Shown here piece by piece: positions 26,750-51,000 of a stretch of DNA of 64,000 bases. Both the position numbers and the translations under genes were made by a program. The notes beneath the pieces were generated by a model. The model had not been told where the DNA came from. It ran no database searches and worked only from the letters and a program-made list of their open reading frames with translations. Positions within the stretch are counted from its first letter, which is position 1; each line of letters begins with the position of its first letter. This DNA is from Octopus sinensis (Eukaryota), in NCBI RefSeq assembly GCF_006345805.1, contig NC_043004.1, positions 82,770,001 through 82,834,000 of the forward strand, in the 5' to 3' direction.

Positions 26750-27568
26750 TGCTTCAACACACGAACTCATATAAAGAATCTTGCAAAACCAATCCCAAAA
26801 CGGAATTAACTTTAATTCAACACTATATGTATGCAAAACTTTCTTGCAAATATACATTGGCACAGATGCAGAAATACGCAACTAACTCTACATTTCATTC
26901 TATTTCAAATTTTCTACTGCCGTTGAGATACATGTTCTATTCGCTTAAATCTTTTAAGAGAAGTTGGGTAATCACGATGGTCCCTTAACTTGAGAAATGT
27001 CTTCCCTCCTTTCCCCTATATAAGTATATTTTAACATTGGAAAATATAGATTTGTTGAAGAGCCATTACTCAAAAATTGAATCAGAGTGGATAACAAGAT
27101 CAAGCAAGGGGCTTAATTGCAAACCTAGAAGATTCTTGGATAAATCATTTTCTGGGTTTTGAAATAATATTCAGCATTCCGGGGATTCTGTTTTGACTCT
27201 TCAAAACCATTCGCTAAATATTTCAAGGCGTATTCGTCAGGTTGAGAACTGTGTGTTTGTTCAGAAATATCAGGGTTCAAAAATATCAACTACTCTCATG
27301 TCATCAATATAAACCATTGTACTAATGATTTAAGTACACATATCTAATTACCAATAGGAATAATTTGTTTTATTAACATAACACAATAAAATGTATTGCA
27401 TATTAATGCTTCATGTACGTGGAATATATTGACGGCAATATAACGTTAATGCATTAAATTCCCACCCCCCTGAAGGACGGAAATTTCATATTGAAAGTTC
27501 CTTGTCGCAGCAAACACACACACGTACACACATATACCCTCACACATGCACACACACATACACACACG

Positions 27569-27635
<67 letters not shown>

Positions 27636-28140
27636 TTATATGTATATATATGCAGGTAACACTAGCAAAACAACATATACAGACGTATATTTATCGAATG
27701 TAAGGACTAATAGCTTTTTTCATAGATTACTAATAGAGTCATACTGGCAACTGAACCGTTGTATGCAGTCGACAGTCAATGCATCTTACTGAAGTTAATC
27801 AAATCTATTTCCTTTTGAATAGAGAATATATTGTGTAGCAAATTATATGCAACGTTTTTTTTACCTATAACAATCTAACAACTACATGGGAGCACATATA
27901 TATTAGAATCTTAGTGATTCCCCCGAAATTAATTGCAGACATTTTTCTCTCTAAATGAAATATCAAAATTAATATCAACCATTTGTCAATATTGTATATC
28001 TGGATTTTAATAATTTGTATTATAATTCCACATACAAGGATTATTAAACTCATTAAGATATAAAACCTGCTTCTTCTATTCTAAGGATTTCGTTTGCTAA
28101 ATGGGAAGAATTTTCTGGATGTCACAAAATTATAATAAGC

Positions 28141-38992
<10,852 letters not shown>

Positions 38993-40984
38993 ACGATGTC
39001 TCATTTTATTATGCATTTTCAATTGTAAGTGAATTCAGTACGAAGAAGCCTTCAGCAGCACTACCTCACTATTTCACCATTAAATACCTTTGGAACGTGG
39101 GCACATCTGCACTTTCTCAAGCAAGATTATTTTTTCTTAAAAGGTAAAGATGGGTAATGCTGAAGCGAGTTCGAACGCCTTCTACCGGTGAAACCTCGGG
39201 ATGATAATATACTCTTTATTATCAATCAGGCAGCCATTGATTTTTCAGCCGGATTATTTATACCTGTCCGCCATCTTTTAATTAAAATTGTATAAAAATA
39301 TATATATTCACACAATGATTTTTCAGTCTCTATTGTAATTTTCTGCGACCACATCTGCATATGTTCTACTTGTCACTTTTCCTCATTTACATAAATAAAT
39401 AACACCAATATATTACAGAAAATACATTATAAATGCTCAACCTTGCATTTCCAAACTTAATCTTTCGTATATTCTAGAAATAAAATATCATAATGAAACC
39501 ACTTACTGAGTTCAGTTTTAATTTACTTTACAATATGTATGTGCATCAAAGTGAGAAAAAATATTTCAAGGCAAAGATTCCTTTTATTTCTAAGTGATGC
39601 AGATGTCATTTTATGCCACAAGGACGAAATTAGTAGATATAGGTTATCGCAGTTAGTTCAATCTCAGATAACAAACTATGATTGCATGTATGGGTAACGT
39701 GAGTGGTAAGACCCAGATACTTAATTATATGGATAATCCAAACATGAACAAACAGAAAACACAACAACGCGAGGACATGGAACAAGTATAGTGTTATTGG
39801 ACGCTCAGGAAAGGAAAGAAAGAAGGAGGAATCAACGTTTCGAGCGGAGCTTTTGCTTATATATTATTGTTATATGTTGCTATAATCATGGCACTCCGTC
39901 GGTTTCGACGACGAGTGTTCCAGTTGAACCGATCAACGAAACAGCCTGCTCGTGAATTTAACGTGCAAGTGGCTGAGCACTGTCTTGAAAAAAAGTAAGA
40001 AGTTATCCTAACGGTTTCGGTTGCTGTAGAAAGACGATTTAGTCATGATGAAATTTAACAAAAAATGAATAAATTGTATTTCATCAATGTTCCATGATAT
40101 TAGTTCTACAATCTCACTTTTTTTTTTACGAAATTCACATGCTGCCGTTGTTTTGTTTACTTTTCTATGTTACCTGGCCGTGCTGGTTTTCGCAACAATA
40201 GCAGCCTGAGTGGACGTCGCTAGTTGCAGTGACAAGTGTGGCAGCCGGTAGCCGCAGCAGTTGGAATGTTGGTAAGTCAATCGGTTGTGTAATGTCAAGC
40301 AATTTACCACTACCAGTAGATGTGGCAAATTTACCGATGATTTCAGCATGTTTATGGCAACTATAACAAAGATTGTGGTTGGTTTAGCAATCGATAGACA
40401 AGCATGATTGATATTTGGTGATGGAATTTGTTTCTATAGCGATACGTTGTAATATCATCGCGGAAGCCGTACCATCTGAAGAAAATGCAGCTGTAAATAT
40501 GAATTATTTTCTCTGGTGAATCCATGGCGAAAGATTGTTTCAAGTATCATATTTAAAAAGGGAAATTTGAATTATTGAGAAGTTACTTATGGGGTAAGTA
40601 AAGATTATGAATACAAATATGACTACGAATATTCAGAAATATTTTCTTCACATATATACTATAAAGCTGGAAACATACATCGACGACAGAGTCATTCTAT
40701 GAAATGAAAGCGTAGAGAATTTAAAAGAATTCAAAACACTCCACTTTAAGTTAGAAAAAATGTTCACCATGGAATCTAGCAGGACACAACTCATTTTTAG
40801 TAAAATTCATCAGCGAAGTCAACGACTAAAGAGAGATAGTTATGATGAAGCTTAGGCTTAAAACAATATCTTCTTTTGAGTTCAATACATTCCAAACAGA
40901 AGAGAATGTTTCTTATAACGTTAGCCTAAAGACGTTCCAAACTGCATCATATATATATATATATATTATATATACACGTATATA

Positions 40985-41055
<71 letters not shown>

Positions 41056-42036
41056 CCGTATATCCTCGAGTATAGTCCGCAATTTAGTATAAAACGCAGG
41101 GGATGTTTAGGGCGCTGTACCTCTGAAAAACCTAAACTTTTTGTATAATACGCACTCCTTCTCTAACTTGAGTCAAGAAGTCTATTTATCGTCTTTGATT
41201 TGTAAAATTGTATAGGTAACATCCTTTATTTATTATTATTATTGTATATACAACTTAATGCAAACGTGTAACTTTTTGGTACATTTTGTTGCAGAAAATA
41301 AAGAATAACAGTAATAACGTGTAGTAAATGTTGCTTACTGCAAGTTATGGATGATTCTTTTAACTCATTGCTTTCAGGCTTAGCTTATGTATATTTTCGC
41401 GCCCGCATCATCACAATGCGGCGGCTGAATAAACATTGCGGACGTCCAAATAGAAACTAGGACAATTTCTTTAGAAAATTTTGTTCATTTTCCTTTTTAA
41501 CGTCGTATATAGTATGCACGAGGGATTTTGACCTTCACTTTTGTGGGGGGAAAAAACTGCTGATTATACTGGCGGATTTATGGGATATATAGATATATAT
41601 AGAATAAAAAGAGCAAACGTTTCCCCGTCCGATGGACGGTGCTGAGTTAGTCACAATTGGAACCAAATTTTCTCAAAGCAAAGAATTTCATATCATATAT
41701 ATATATATATATTATATATAACCTCATTTATGAATGTATGTATATATTTATATATATATATACAGAGAGAAAGAGAGGAGAGAGAGGTAGATAGAGAAGG
41801 AGATTGAGAGGTATAACAATTTAGCTTTTGATATGTTGTATATAATTTAGTTATTGTACATCGAGTTCTTCCTCTTAAGTGGAAAAAATTATTATAAGCT
41901 TAATTCTGAAGTAGCAATTCAATAGTGATATGGTATTTTTCTATCATTCCTGGATCAAGGTGACATATTCAATCATGTATACGTAAACATACATATATGA
42001 ATAAATACATACATATATATATATAAATATATATAT

Positions 42037-42074
<38 letters not shown>

Positions 42075-42708
42075 ATATATATATATATTATATATATATA
42101 ATATATATATTATATATTATATATATATATATATATCAGCGAGGTATTTGGTATAATATATACAAAGGTTAAAATTGTGGATTTGTAGAAATATATACAG
42201 TGGGTTGGGATAAGAGAAATGAAGAATTCCATATCAACATATCAATATATCATTATCTCATATATAGATATATCAATATATCGATATAGTGCCAGAAAAT
42301 GTGGGGAACAAATATACAAGTTAGTCTGAAGTATATTTACAGTATGATACAATACACGAATAATAAAGAGAAGTAAAAAATATGTGTATATGAGATATAT
42401 GATTATAAATAGAAGTATAAAATATGAGTATTTAAGATTTAAATAAATAAAGGTGATAAAATATGAGTATAACTATCAAATAATACAAAGAGATAATAAC
42501 AGGGGTTGAGAAACCAGTGAATGAGAATAACAGAAATATCAATAGCAACATTACATAACAATTAATTTACATCAACCGGTCCAGATCCCTTTAATACCTT
42601 ACCAAAATAAGTCAAATTGGAAACGGATCCCATAAAACTCAAATGTTCATTAGACAAATTTATTCAATATAACTCAGACCAGCCTTCTCCACCCCGATGT
42701 ATCTCCAG

Positions 42709-42756
<48 letters not shown>

Positions 42757-44516
42757 ACATACATATATATATATATATATGAATAAAAATATATAAATAA
42801 AGGTGATAAAAGGGCTTGATAATAAAATATTCTATGAGATATGTACAAGGTATAACGTAAGTAGAATATGTTTATAATGTGTATGAAAGTCTAAAATGAT
42901 GTGTATAAATGCATTAACGATTAAGTATTGAGCAAAGTGATAGAAAAATACAGTGATTGGATAGCTGTGTAATTATAAATGAGCAGAAATAAATACAAAT
43001 GTGGAGGAACAAAAAGAAGGGCTCAAAATCAATATGAAGCCCGGAAAAGGAGCGGATGGTATATACGAGTTAGTCTTGATATAGTAGTAAAATGAATCAG
43101 AATAACCAATTATGTATTTATCCACATATGGAAAAGAAACTTTACCATGTGCAAACAAGTTTATTTCGCTCATACCTTTGATTAAGAAGTGGGAATTTTA
43201 AAGAGAGAATCAAAGGTTTTTAGCTTAAACCTAAAAAATATTTTTTTATTAACTTGATAAGAAGGTGCAGAGGTTAATAAACCCCATATTAAGCCATAAC
43301 GCATATTCTTGTCCACCTCCCATTGTATTTATTTCTACTTACTTATAATTACACAGCTATACAATCGTAGTGTTTTCCTACCACTTGGCTTAATATTTAA
43401 ACCTTCATGTAGTTAACAATCATTTTAATGCTTCTATACAGCTTACAAACATATTCTACTTACATTATAGCTAGCACCCATCAAGTCAATTTATCACCTC
43501 TATTACTTTTTTGTTCATTTATATATATAATAGCATATAAGCTATTGGGAAAGACTCAAGGATTGAATGAGGGACTCTATTCCTTAGAGTGTAGGCGAGA
43601 AAGATAGCCATAACATACATCTGGAAGATCCTTGAAGGACTTGTCCCAAACTTTGGCATCGAGAGTTACACAAATGCCAGAACTCGGCGCCACTGCATAG
43701 TGCCAAGGACTCCAAATTTGCCCTCAAGATGTAGGACGAGATACTGTGATAGCCTGGGCTTCCGGGGCCCACAGCTCTTCAATATCTTCCTGAAGAACCT
43801 AAGAGACATGTATGTGGTGGATGCAGATGTCTTTAAAATGAAACTGGATCTCTTCTTGTCAGGTGTCCCAGATGACCAACTTCTTCGGCAGGACGTGCAG
43901 ATGAGCGCAGCTGCATCGAACACTCTCATGCACCAGATGGCATTTGCTAGAAAGCTTCTTGAAGTAAATCATGTAGGCAACACCAAATGTTTGGTGCCCC
44001 AGCATGGCAACACCTTGTGAGCTGAAACTAAAAAAAATAAAATGAATAAAAAAATAAAAATAAAATATATATTCGAAAGACAATTGGTTAGTATTGTTGC
44101 AGTATGTATGATTGTAGTATTTCACGAAATTTTTTTTACTAAGCCTTCAAATTCTTTGGATTCAACAAGTCAACAAATCTGAGCTCAATGATTTCAAACA
44201 ATGGTATTTTAAATCAAGGCCGTAGAATCAACAAGAATTTGCAGTTAAGTCTTTGAAATAACTAATGACTGGGCCATCACTTATAAGTCTACCCCTGTAT
44301 TCCAGTCTCTCCGCCAGTGAGGATTTGATAATTTATGTATTCATGTTCAGTCTTCTCTGGTTTTAAATATTTAAGAGGTTTGTTTTTTTTTTGTAGTTTT
44401 GCCGCCATCCTAATACAACAAATACACATACGCCAGAATACCAAAAAGATTGTCTTTTGACCTTCTCAACCTGAGAAATAACGCCTCCAAAAATATTGGG
44501 AACGTTTTTGAGAATC

Positions 44517-45000
44517 GAAACAGAATCGCTGGGCCACTGAATATTTGCTTCAAAACCGCAATAAGTTTTAACTGAAATCTTGGATCGTAATTAATTCTTT
44601 TGTCTGTTCAATTCTGAAAGCACTCGAATACTATGGAATTCTAATACGTTTCAAAATACCCGAGAAAACACCAGCAATTTTGTTGAGGAAAGGAATAATT
44701 GTCGAAATGTATAATTCAAAACTGTTTCAGGTAACGTTAGAAATTACTCTCCGTCGGAAAACAGAATCGCTGGGCCACTGAATATTTGCTTCAAAAACCG
44801 CAATAAGTTTTAAACTGAAAATCTTGGATCGTAATTAATTCTTTTGTCTGTTCTAATTCTGAAGCACTCGAATACTATGGACATTCTAATACGTTTCAAA
44901 ATACCCGAGAAAACACAGCAATTTTGTTGAGGAAAAGGAATAATTGTCGAAATGTATAATTCAAAACTGTTTCAGGTAACGTTAGAAATTACTCTCCGTC
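44517..45000. repeat. ~240-bp local tandem duplication
   Basis: gaaa(a)cagaatcgctgggccactg...ctccgtcgg occurs twice; single copy at ~25640-25885. Confidence 0.7.
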
Positions 45001-46635
45001 GGTTTTATTTGTATACAGCTATTCAAGCCGTCAAATTTGAGAAAAAAAAACATTATTTTCAAAGTTTGGAAAATTCGACATTCGCGAAGACTTGAAGCTG
45101 ATTGAGAGAATACCAAATTAAGTGAAAATGCATAACAATGTGATGCTCACGCCCAACTCTCATTTATTGTTTTCTGCAAAAGCTCGAAGTCTAGGCCATC
45201 ATGATCGTTCCATCATAAGTTTGTGCGATGCTGTTTTGGCTAAGTTTGAAACCTGACATCGGCGAATCTCAAAAACTTGGCTTGAAATTTTTTTCTCAAC
45301 AACAAATGACAAAATGTATGGCAATTAAGAATTCATTCGAGTGTGTATAGTCTCATCAATCTTAATGGATACAAATAACATTAAGCGCTAAGTAACGGGG
45401 AACGTAAACACACCAGTATCGGTTGTCAAGTGATGTTGGGGGGATAAAACAGAGACACACAAACACACACGATTTTAAAATACGATTTTAAACCATCATT
45501 TTATTCTTTTCTTCACATATAAAACAAAATACCCCTTTTGTTTGATTCTTCGGCTTCATCTTGACAGATCAGAATTTCAATTGAATGAATTTACTTTATT
45601 CTGTTGTGTCTGGGGAGAATCATTTTGTTTTGTGCCTTATTATTTAACTCGCTCACCGGTAAAATTTCCACTTATTTCTTACTTTTATTTTCCTAAAACT
45701 TCCGTTGCGTGTTGCGAACATTTCAATAGATTTTACTCTACAGAAAAGGTTGCAACACACAACGAAAATTTTTGGAAAATAGAAATAAGAGATAAGTGGA
45801 AATTTTACCGGTGTGTGTGTTAAATAATAAGGCACAAAAAATTGCCTCTCTCCAGGCACAACAGAATATGCTTCAACACACTTTAATTCAACACTATATG
45901 TATGCAACACTTTCTTGCAAATATACATTGGCACAGATGCAGAAATACGCAACTAACACTACATTTCATTCTATTTCAAATTTTCTACTGCCGTTGAGAT
46001 ACATGTTCTATTCGCTTAAATCTTTTAAGAGAAGTTGGGTAATCACGATGGTCCCTTAACTTGAGAAATGTCTTCCCTCCTTTCCCCTATATAAGTATAT
46101 TTTAACATTGGAAAATATAGATTTCTTGAAGAGCCATTACTCAAAAATTGAATCAGAGTGGATAACAAGATCAAGCAAGGGGCTTAATTGCAAACCTAGA
46201 ATATTCTTGGATAAATCATTTTCTGGGTTTTGAAATAATATTCAGCATTCCGGGGATTCTGTTTTGACTCTTCAAAACCATTCGCTAAATATTTCAAGGC
46301 GTATTCGTCAGGTTGAGAACTGTGTGTTTGTTCAGAAATATCTGGGTTCAAAAATATCAACTACTCTCATGTCATCAATATAAACCATTGTACTAATGAT
46401 TTAAGTACACCTATCTAATTACCAATAGGAATAATTGTTTTTAACATAACACAATGAAATGTATTGCATATTAATGCTTCATGTACGTGGAATATATTGA
46501 CGGCAATATAACGTTAATGCATTAAATTCCCCCCCCCTGTAGGACGGAAATTTCATATTGAAAGTTCCTTGTCGCAGCAAACACACACACGTACACACAT
46601 ATACCCTCACACATGCACACACACATACACACACG

Positions 46636-46679
<44 letters not shown>

Positions 46680-46690
<11 letters not shown>

Positions 46691-47057
46691 GGCAGTTTGT
46701 CTGGGCGTTTTTCTGTGTGTCTGTTTTCTCGTACCCTCACTCTGACCACGGCTTTCAACCGATTCTGATGAAACTTGACACACACATGGCCCAATGTCAT
46801 AATTCAAAACTAACGCAGCGAAAATTTTGAAAAGTTCCTCCAGTTCTGAAAAAAATCGATAAATTCGACATGGGGTCGAGAATTAGAAACCCAAACCACA
46901 GACCGTCTAGGGACGCAACTCTACCATTTTTAACTCTCAAAAAAAATTTTCCAGCATTTTTTTTCCATTTTTTTGCTATTTTTTGGCTATAACTCTCTAA
47001 AAATGCTTTATAGTTATTTCCCTTACAAACCTGAGCAACGCCGGGCGATACTGCTAG
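46680..47057 (+). mobile_element. Second copy of the same Helitron family, in a (TA)n tract upstream of B2
   Basis: Near-identical to 18791-19175 and ends in CTAG at 47057; absent at the homologous position upstream of B1 (~27570-27650). Confidence 0.8.
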
Positions 47058-47151
47058 TATATAATAAATATATATATGTACCTGCATTTATACTTAGAAA
47101 CACCCTCTACTCACATATGTATGTATATGTATATATGATATGTGTTTGTAT

Positions 47152-47213
<62 letters not shown>

Positions 47214-47719
47214 ATTTATATGTATATGTATGCAGGTAACACTAGCAAAACAACATATACAGACGTATATTTATCGAATGTAAGGACTAATAGCTTTTTT
47301 CATAGATTACTAATAGAATCATACAGGCAACTGAACCGTTGTATGCAGTCGACAGTCAATGCATCTTACTGAAGTTAATCAAATCTATTTCCTTTTGAAT
47401 AGAGAATATATTGTGTAGCAAATTATATGTAACGTTTTTTTACCTATAACAATCTAAGAACTACATGGGAGCACATATATATTAGAATCTTAGTGATTCC
47501 CCCGAAATTAATTGCAGACATTTTTCTCTCTACATGAAATATCAAAATTAATATCAAGCATTTGTCAATATTGTATATCTGGATTTTAATAATTTGTATT
47601 GTAATTCCACATACAAGGATTATTAAACTCATTAAGATATAAAACCTGCTTCTTCTATTCTAAGGATTTCGTTTGCTAAATGGGAAGAATTTTCTGGATG
47701 TCACAAAATTAGAATAAGC

Positions 47720-48662
47720 ATGAAATCAAATGAAACACAAATCTTTAAACTGCTGGAATTTTATCGTAAAATAAATATTTGGAAATCGTTTGCGAATACA
47801 ACGTCATTAAAATCTCACAAATTTATCTCAATATTTTTCTATAGTTTTTACGCTGTGTACTGCTTACATTTGACTGTAGCTCCAATTTTGTTCACTATTA
47901 GTGCAATACAAATGAAAAATAGATCAACTGATGAAACCCTTTTTTATATTTAAACGATAATTAACCAGAGCTTTTTAACAATATATGGTCTGATGAAACT
48001 CTTCAAGAAACCGAACGACACACAACTAATTGAAGCATTCACCGAACTTAAAATTGAAGAAGATGATAGAAAATTCTATAACTCTAATATATTCTTTTCG
48101 TATAAATCACTATGCTTTTTTATATTGTTCCCGTTAACTGTTTCAAGATTATATTTTTACACAGTCCAATCATGATTTTATGCGTTTCATTCTATTTCCT
48201 GTACCAATCAACAATACTTATCACCTTCTATATTTCGCACTATATGTTGCGTTTAACTGCATGCCACTCGCTTACCTGCAACTTGACTTTTACGTAAATC
48301 TAATGATCGGAAGCACACTGGATTATGAGTTTAACAAAGTGACGAGTGATGTTCAACGCTATGTAAAGGAACAGCAATCAGAGAAGTTTATTTTCTTCAA
48401 GAGAGAGATAGAGATTACAGAAATATGTAAAACTCATGATACTTTGAGTAGAATGCTGAAATTACTCAATGAATCATTACGTCTTTCCACAGCATATGTC
48501 GTATTTAGCAGTGTTATAGGATGTTGTATTGCAACTTACGGAATTATAAATGAATCATACGAAAAGGAATTACATAAATTCATTTACTTAATATCTATGG
48601 CATCCTATTATCTGATGTATGAGATCATAATGATTTGGAGTGGAATTCGTTTAAATAAATCG
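47720..48662 (+). pseudogene. GRL B2 first exon, pseudogenised
   Basis: Near-copy of B1 exon 1. TAC>TAA stop at 47951-47953 and an 8-nt deletion near 48141 (943 vs 951 nt). GTAAGT donor retained at 48663. Confidence 0.88.
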
Positions 48663-49894
48663 GTAAGTTTTATATGATATTTATTTGATATCAGTTCTGT
48701 CTAATATTTGTATTTTTAGGAAGCCAACGAAATCAAACAGAGCTGTTGATTATAAGTTGTATATCTTAGTGGCTGATAGTAAGTGTTCGGTTATTAGTCA
48801 AGTGACTATGTAATCGTAAGTAGAAAAATATTTTCAGAGATCCTCCTAGGACTGGAGAATGTGACAAGTGGGAGTATAAAGGGCTGTATTACAATCCGAC
48901 TGTTACAAAACTTTAGATGATTAATCTGAAGCAACTCGAAAGGAATTGCCCTTAATTTGCTTCACCACCTACCGAAATTTAGAAATAGCAGCCAAGAAAA
49001 CTAGCTATTTCTCTACCACACCTAGTTTTCTTGGATGCTATTTCTAAATTTTGGTATGTGTTGAGGCAAATTATTTTGCTGAACCCTAATTATAATTATA
49101 CGCATAATTATAAATATTGTTGTTTAAGTTTACCCATAATGGTTCTTTTAACATACCAAGAAGATTCTATCAATGGCCAGCATATTAAAAAATACCTTTA
49201 AAGTTTAAACTTATAAACAATTCTTATTTATTCTCGAGGAAAAAATTCGTATGAATTAACTCTGAAATCGTGGCCGTGATGAATTATTTGGTTATTGACG
49301 ATTTGTCTATTTTCGGCATATTTGGCATAAGGAATTTTATCTTTTGCCGTTGTTTATAATTTGTTTATAAATTTAACCGTTAAAGGTATTTTTTAATATG
49401 GTGGCCATTGATAGAATTTTTTCCAAAGAATTTCATTCTGTATTAGATGTAAATTTAATAGTGTTCACTACGAGAGTTTTCAGTCCGATCGCACGTGTTT
49501 CGAGGTAAGGTGAAAAATTTCTATTTTGGCTATATTTGGGGTACTTAATTGTGCTAATAACTTATTGTTTGCTTCTTCCATGGATATAATTAAGTATTTC
49601 ACTTATTTCTTACCGTATTTATCACTGACGAGGAGAAAATTCGTATGAATTACCTCGAAATCGGGGCCGATAAGATAATAACGGAATTTTTTAGAAATGT
49701 CTGTGGGTTTACTTCGGGACGCGTGCGTATAGTGCTGAATTATATGGTTATTGACGATTTGTCTATTTTCGGCATATTTGGCATTAGAATTCTTTTCTTT
49801 TGCCCTTGTTTATATATTGTTTATAAATTTAACCTTTAAAGGTATCTTTTAATATGCTGGCCAAAGATAGAATTTTTTCCCTAAAATTGTATCC

Positions 49895-49939
<45 letters not shown>

Positions 49940-50131
49940 ATGTATATATGTATATCTTATAAGCAAGGGCTAAAGAAGAGTATTCCAAAGCCAATATACT
50001 GATTTTCCACATATAATCCACTTGCTACAGAAAAATTGAACTGAAGTCGGGAAACTAACCGTTAGAATATAAAAATTTCGTTATCTCTATTGAATCAATT
50101 TCGAATTCATCTCATAAAGGATTTGTTCTTT

Positions 50132-50197
<66 letters not shown>

Positions 50198-50560
50198 AGT
50201 AGGTATATATATATTAAATGTAAATTTTTGCAAAGGAACAAAAATATTTTCCAACATGCTGAAAAAAGACGCTAAATCGTCTGACCAAATAACATATATT
50301 CACGTATTTTATTGCACAACGTATCGAAAGAAGGAAAGCAAGCTAACAGAAATTGATAAAAATATAGTTAGCACCGAATCGGTTCCGATTTCTTGATTAA
50401 TCTCCAAACAATTCTTCCTTCATCAGCGAGAAACACAAAATGAAAATAAATAAAATACTTAGACATATTCACGGAAAACCAGATGCAAAGTCATGAATTT
50501 CATTTAAGTACCCCAATTATATACTAACAGATATTCCGTAGCAATTCTCATTTCCTTCAA

Positions 50561-51000
50561 GAATGAGAATTAATTTACTTTTAATATCACTGTGATTACG
50601 TGACCGACCAGGCTAGCAGATGATGCTACATATAGCTGGTCACAATGCGGCGCATTGTATTAGCCATAAATGACGCCACCCCGCTGGCTAAGCGATCAGG
50701 CCGAATTTACTTTATAGATAAATTCTGTGTGTCTGGGGAGAGTCTTTTTGTTTTGTGCCAAAAAATTTCCATTTTTTGAATGAGAATTAATTTACTTTTA
50801 ATATCACTGTGATTACGTGACCGACCAGGCTAGCAGATGATGCTACATATAGCTGGTCACAATGCGGCGCATTGTATTAGCCATAAATGACGCCACCCCG
50901 CTGGCTAAGCGATCAGGCCGAATTTACTTCTAATATAAAGATAAATTCTGTTGTGTCTGGGGAGAGTCATTTTCTTTTTGTGCCTTAAAAATTTCCACTT
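50561..51000. repeat. ~217-bp local tandem duplication
   Basis: gaatgagaattaatttac... starts at both 50561 and 50778; single copy in units I and II. Confidence 0.7.
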
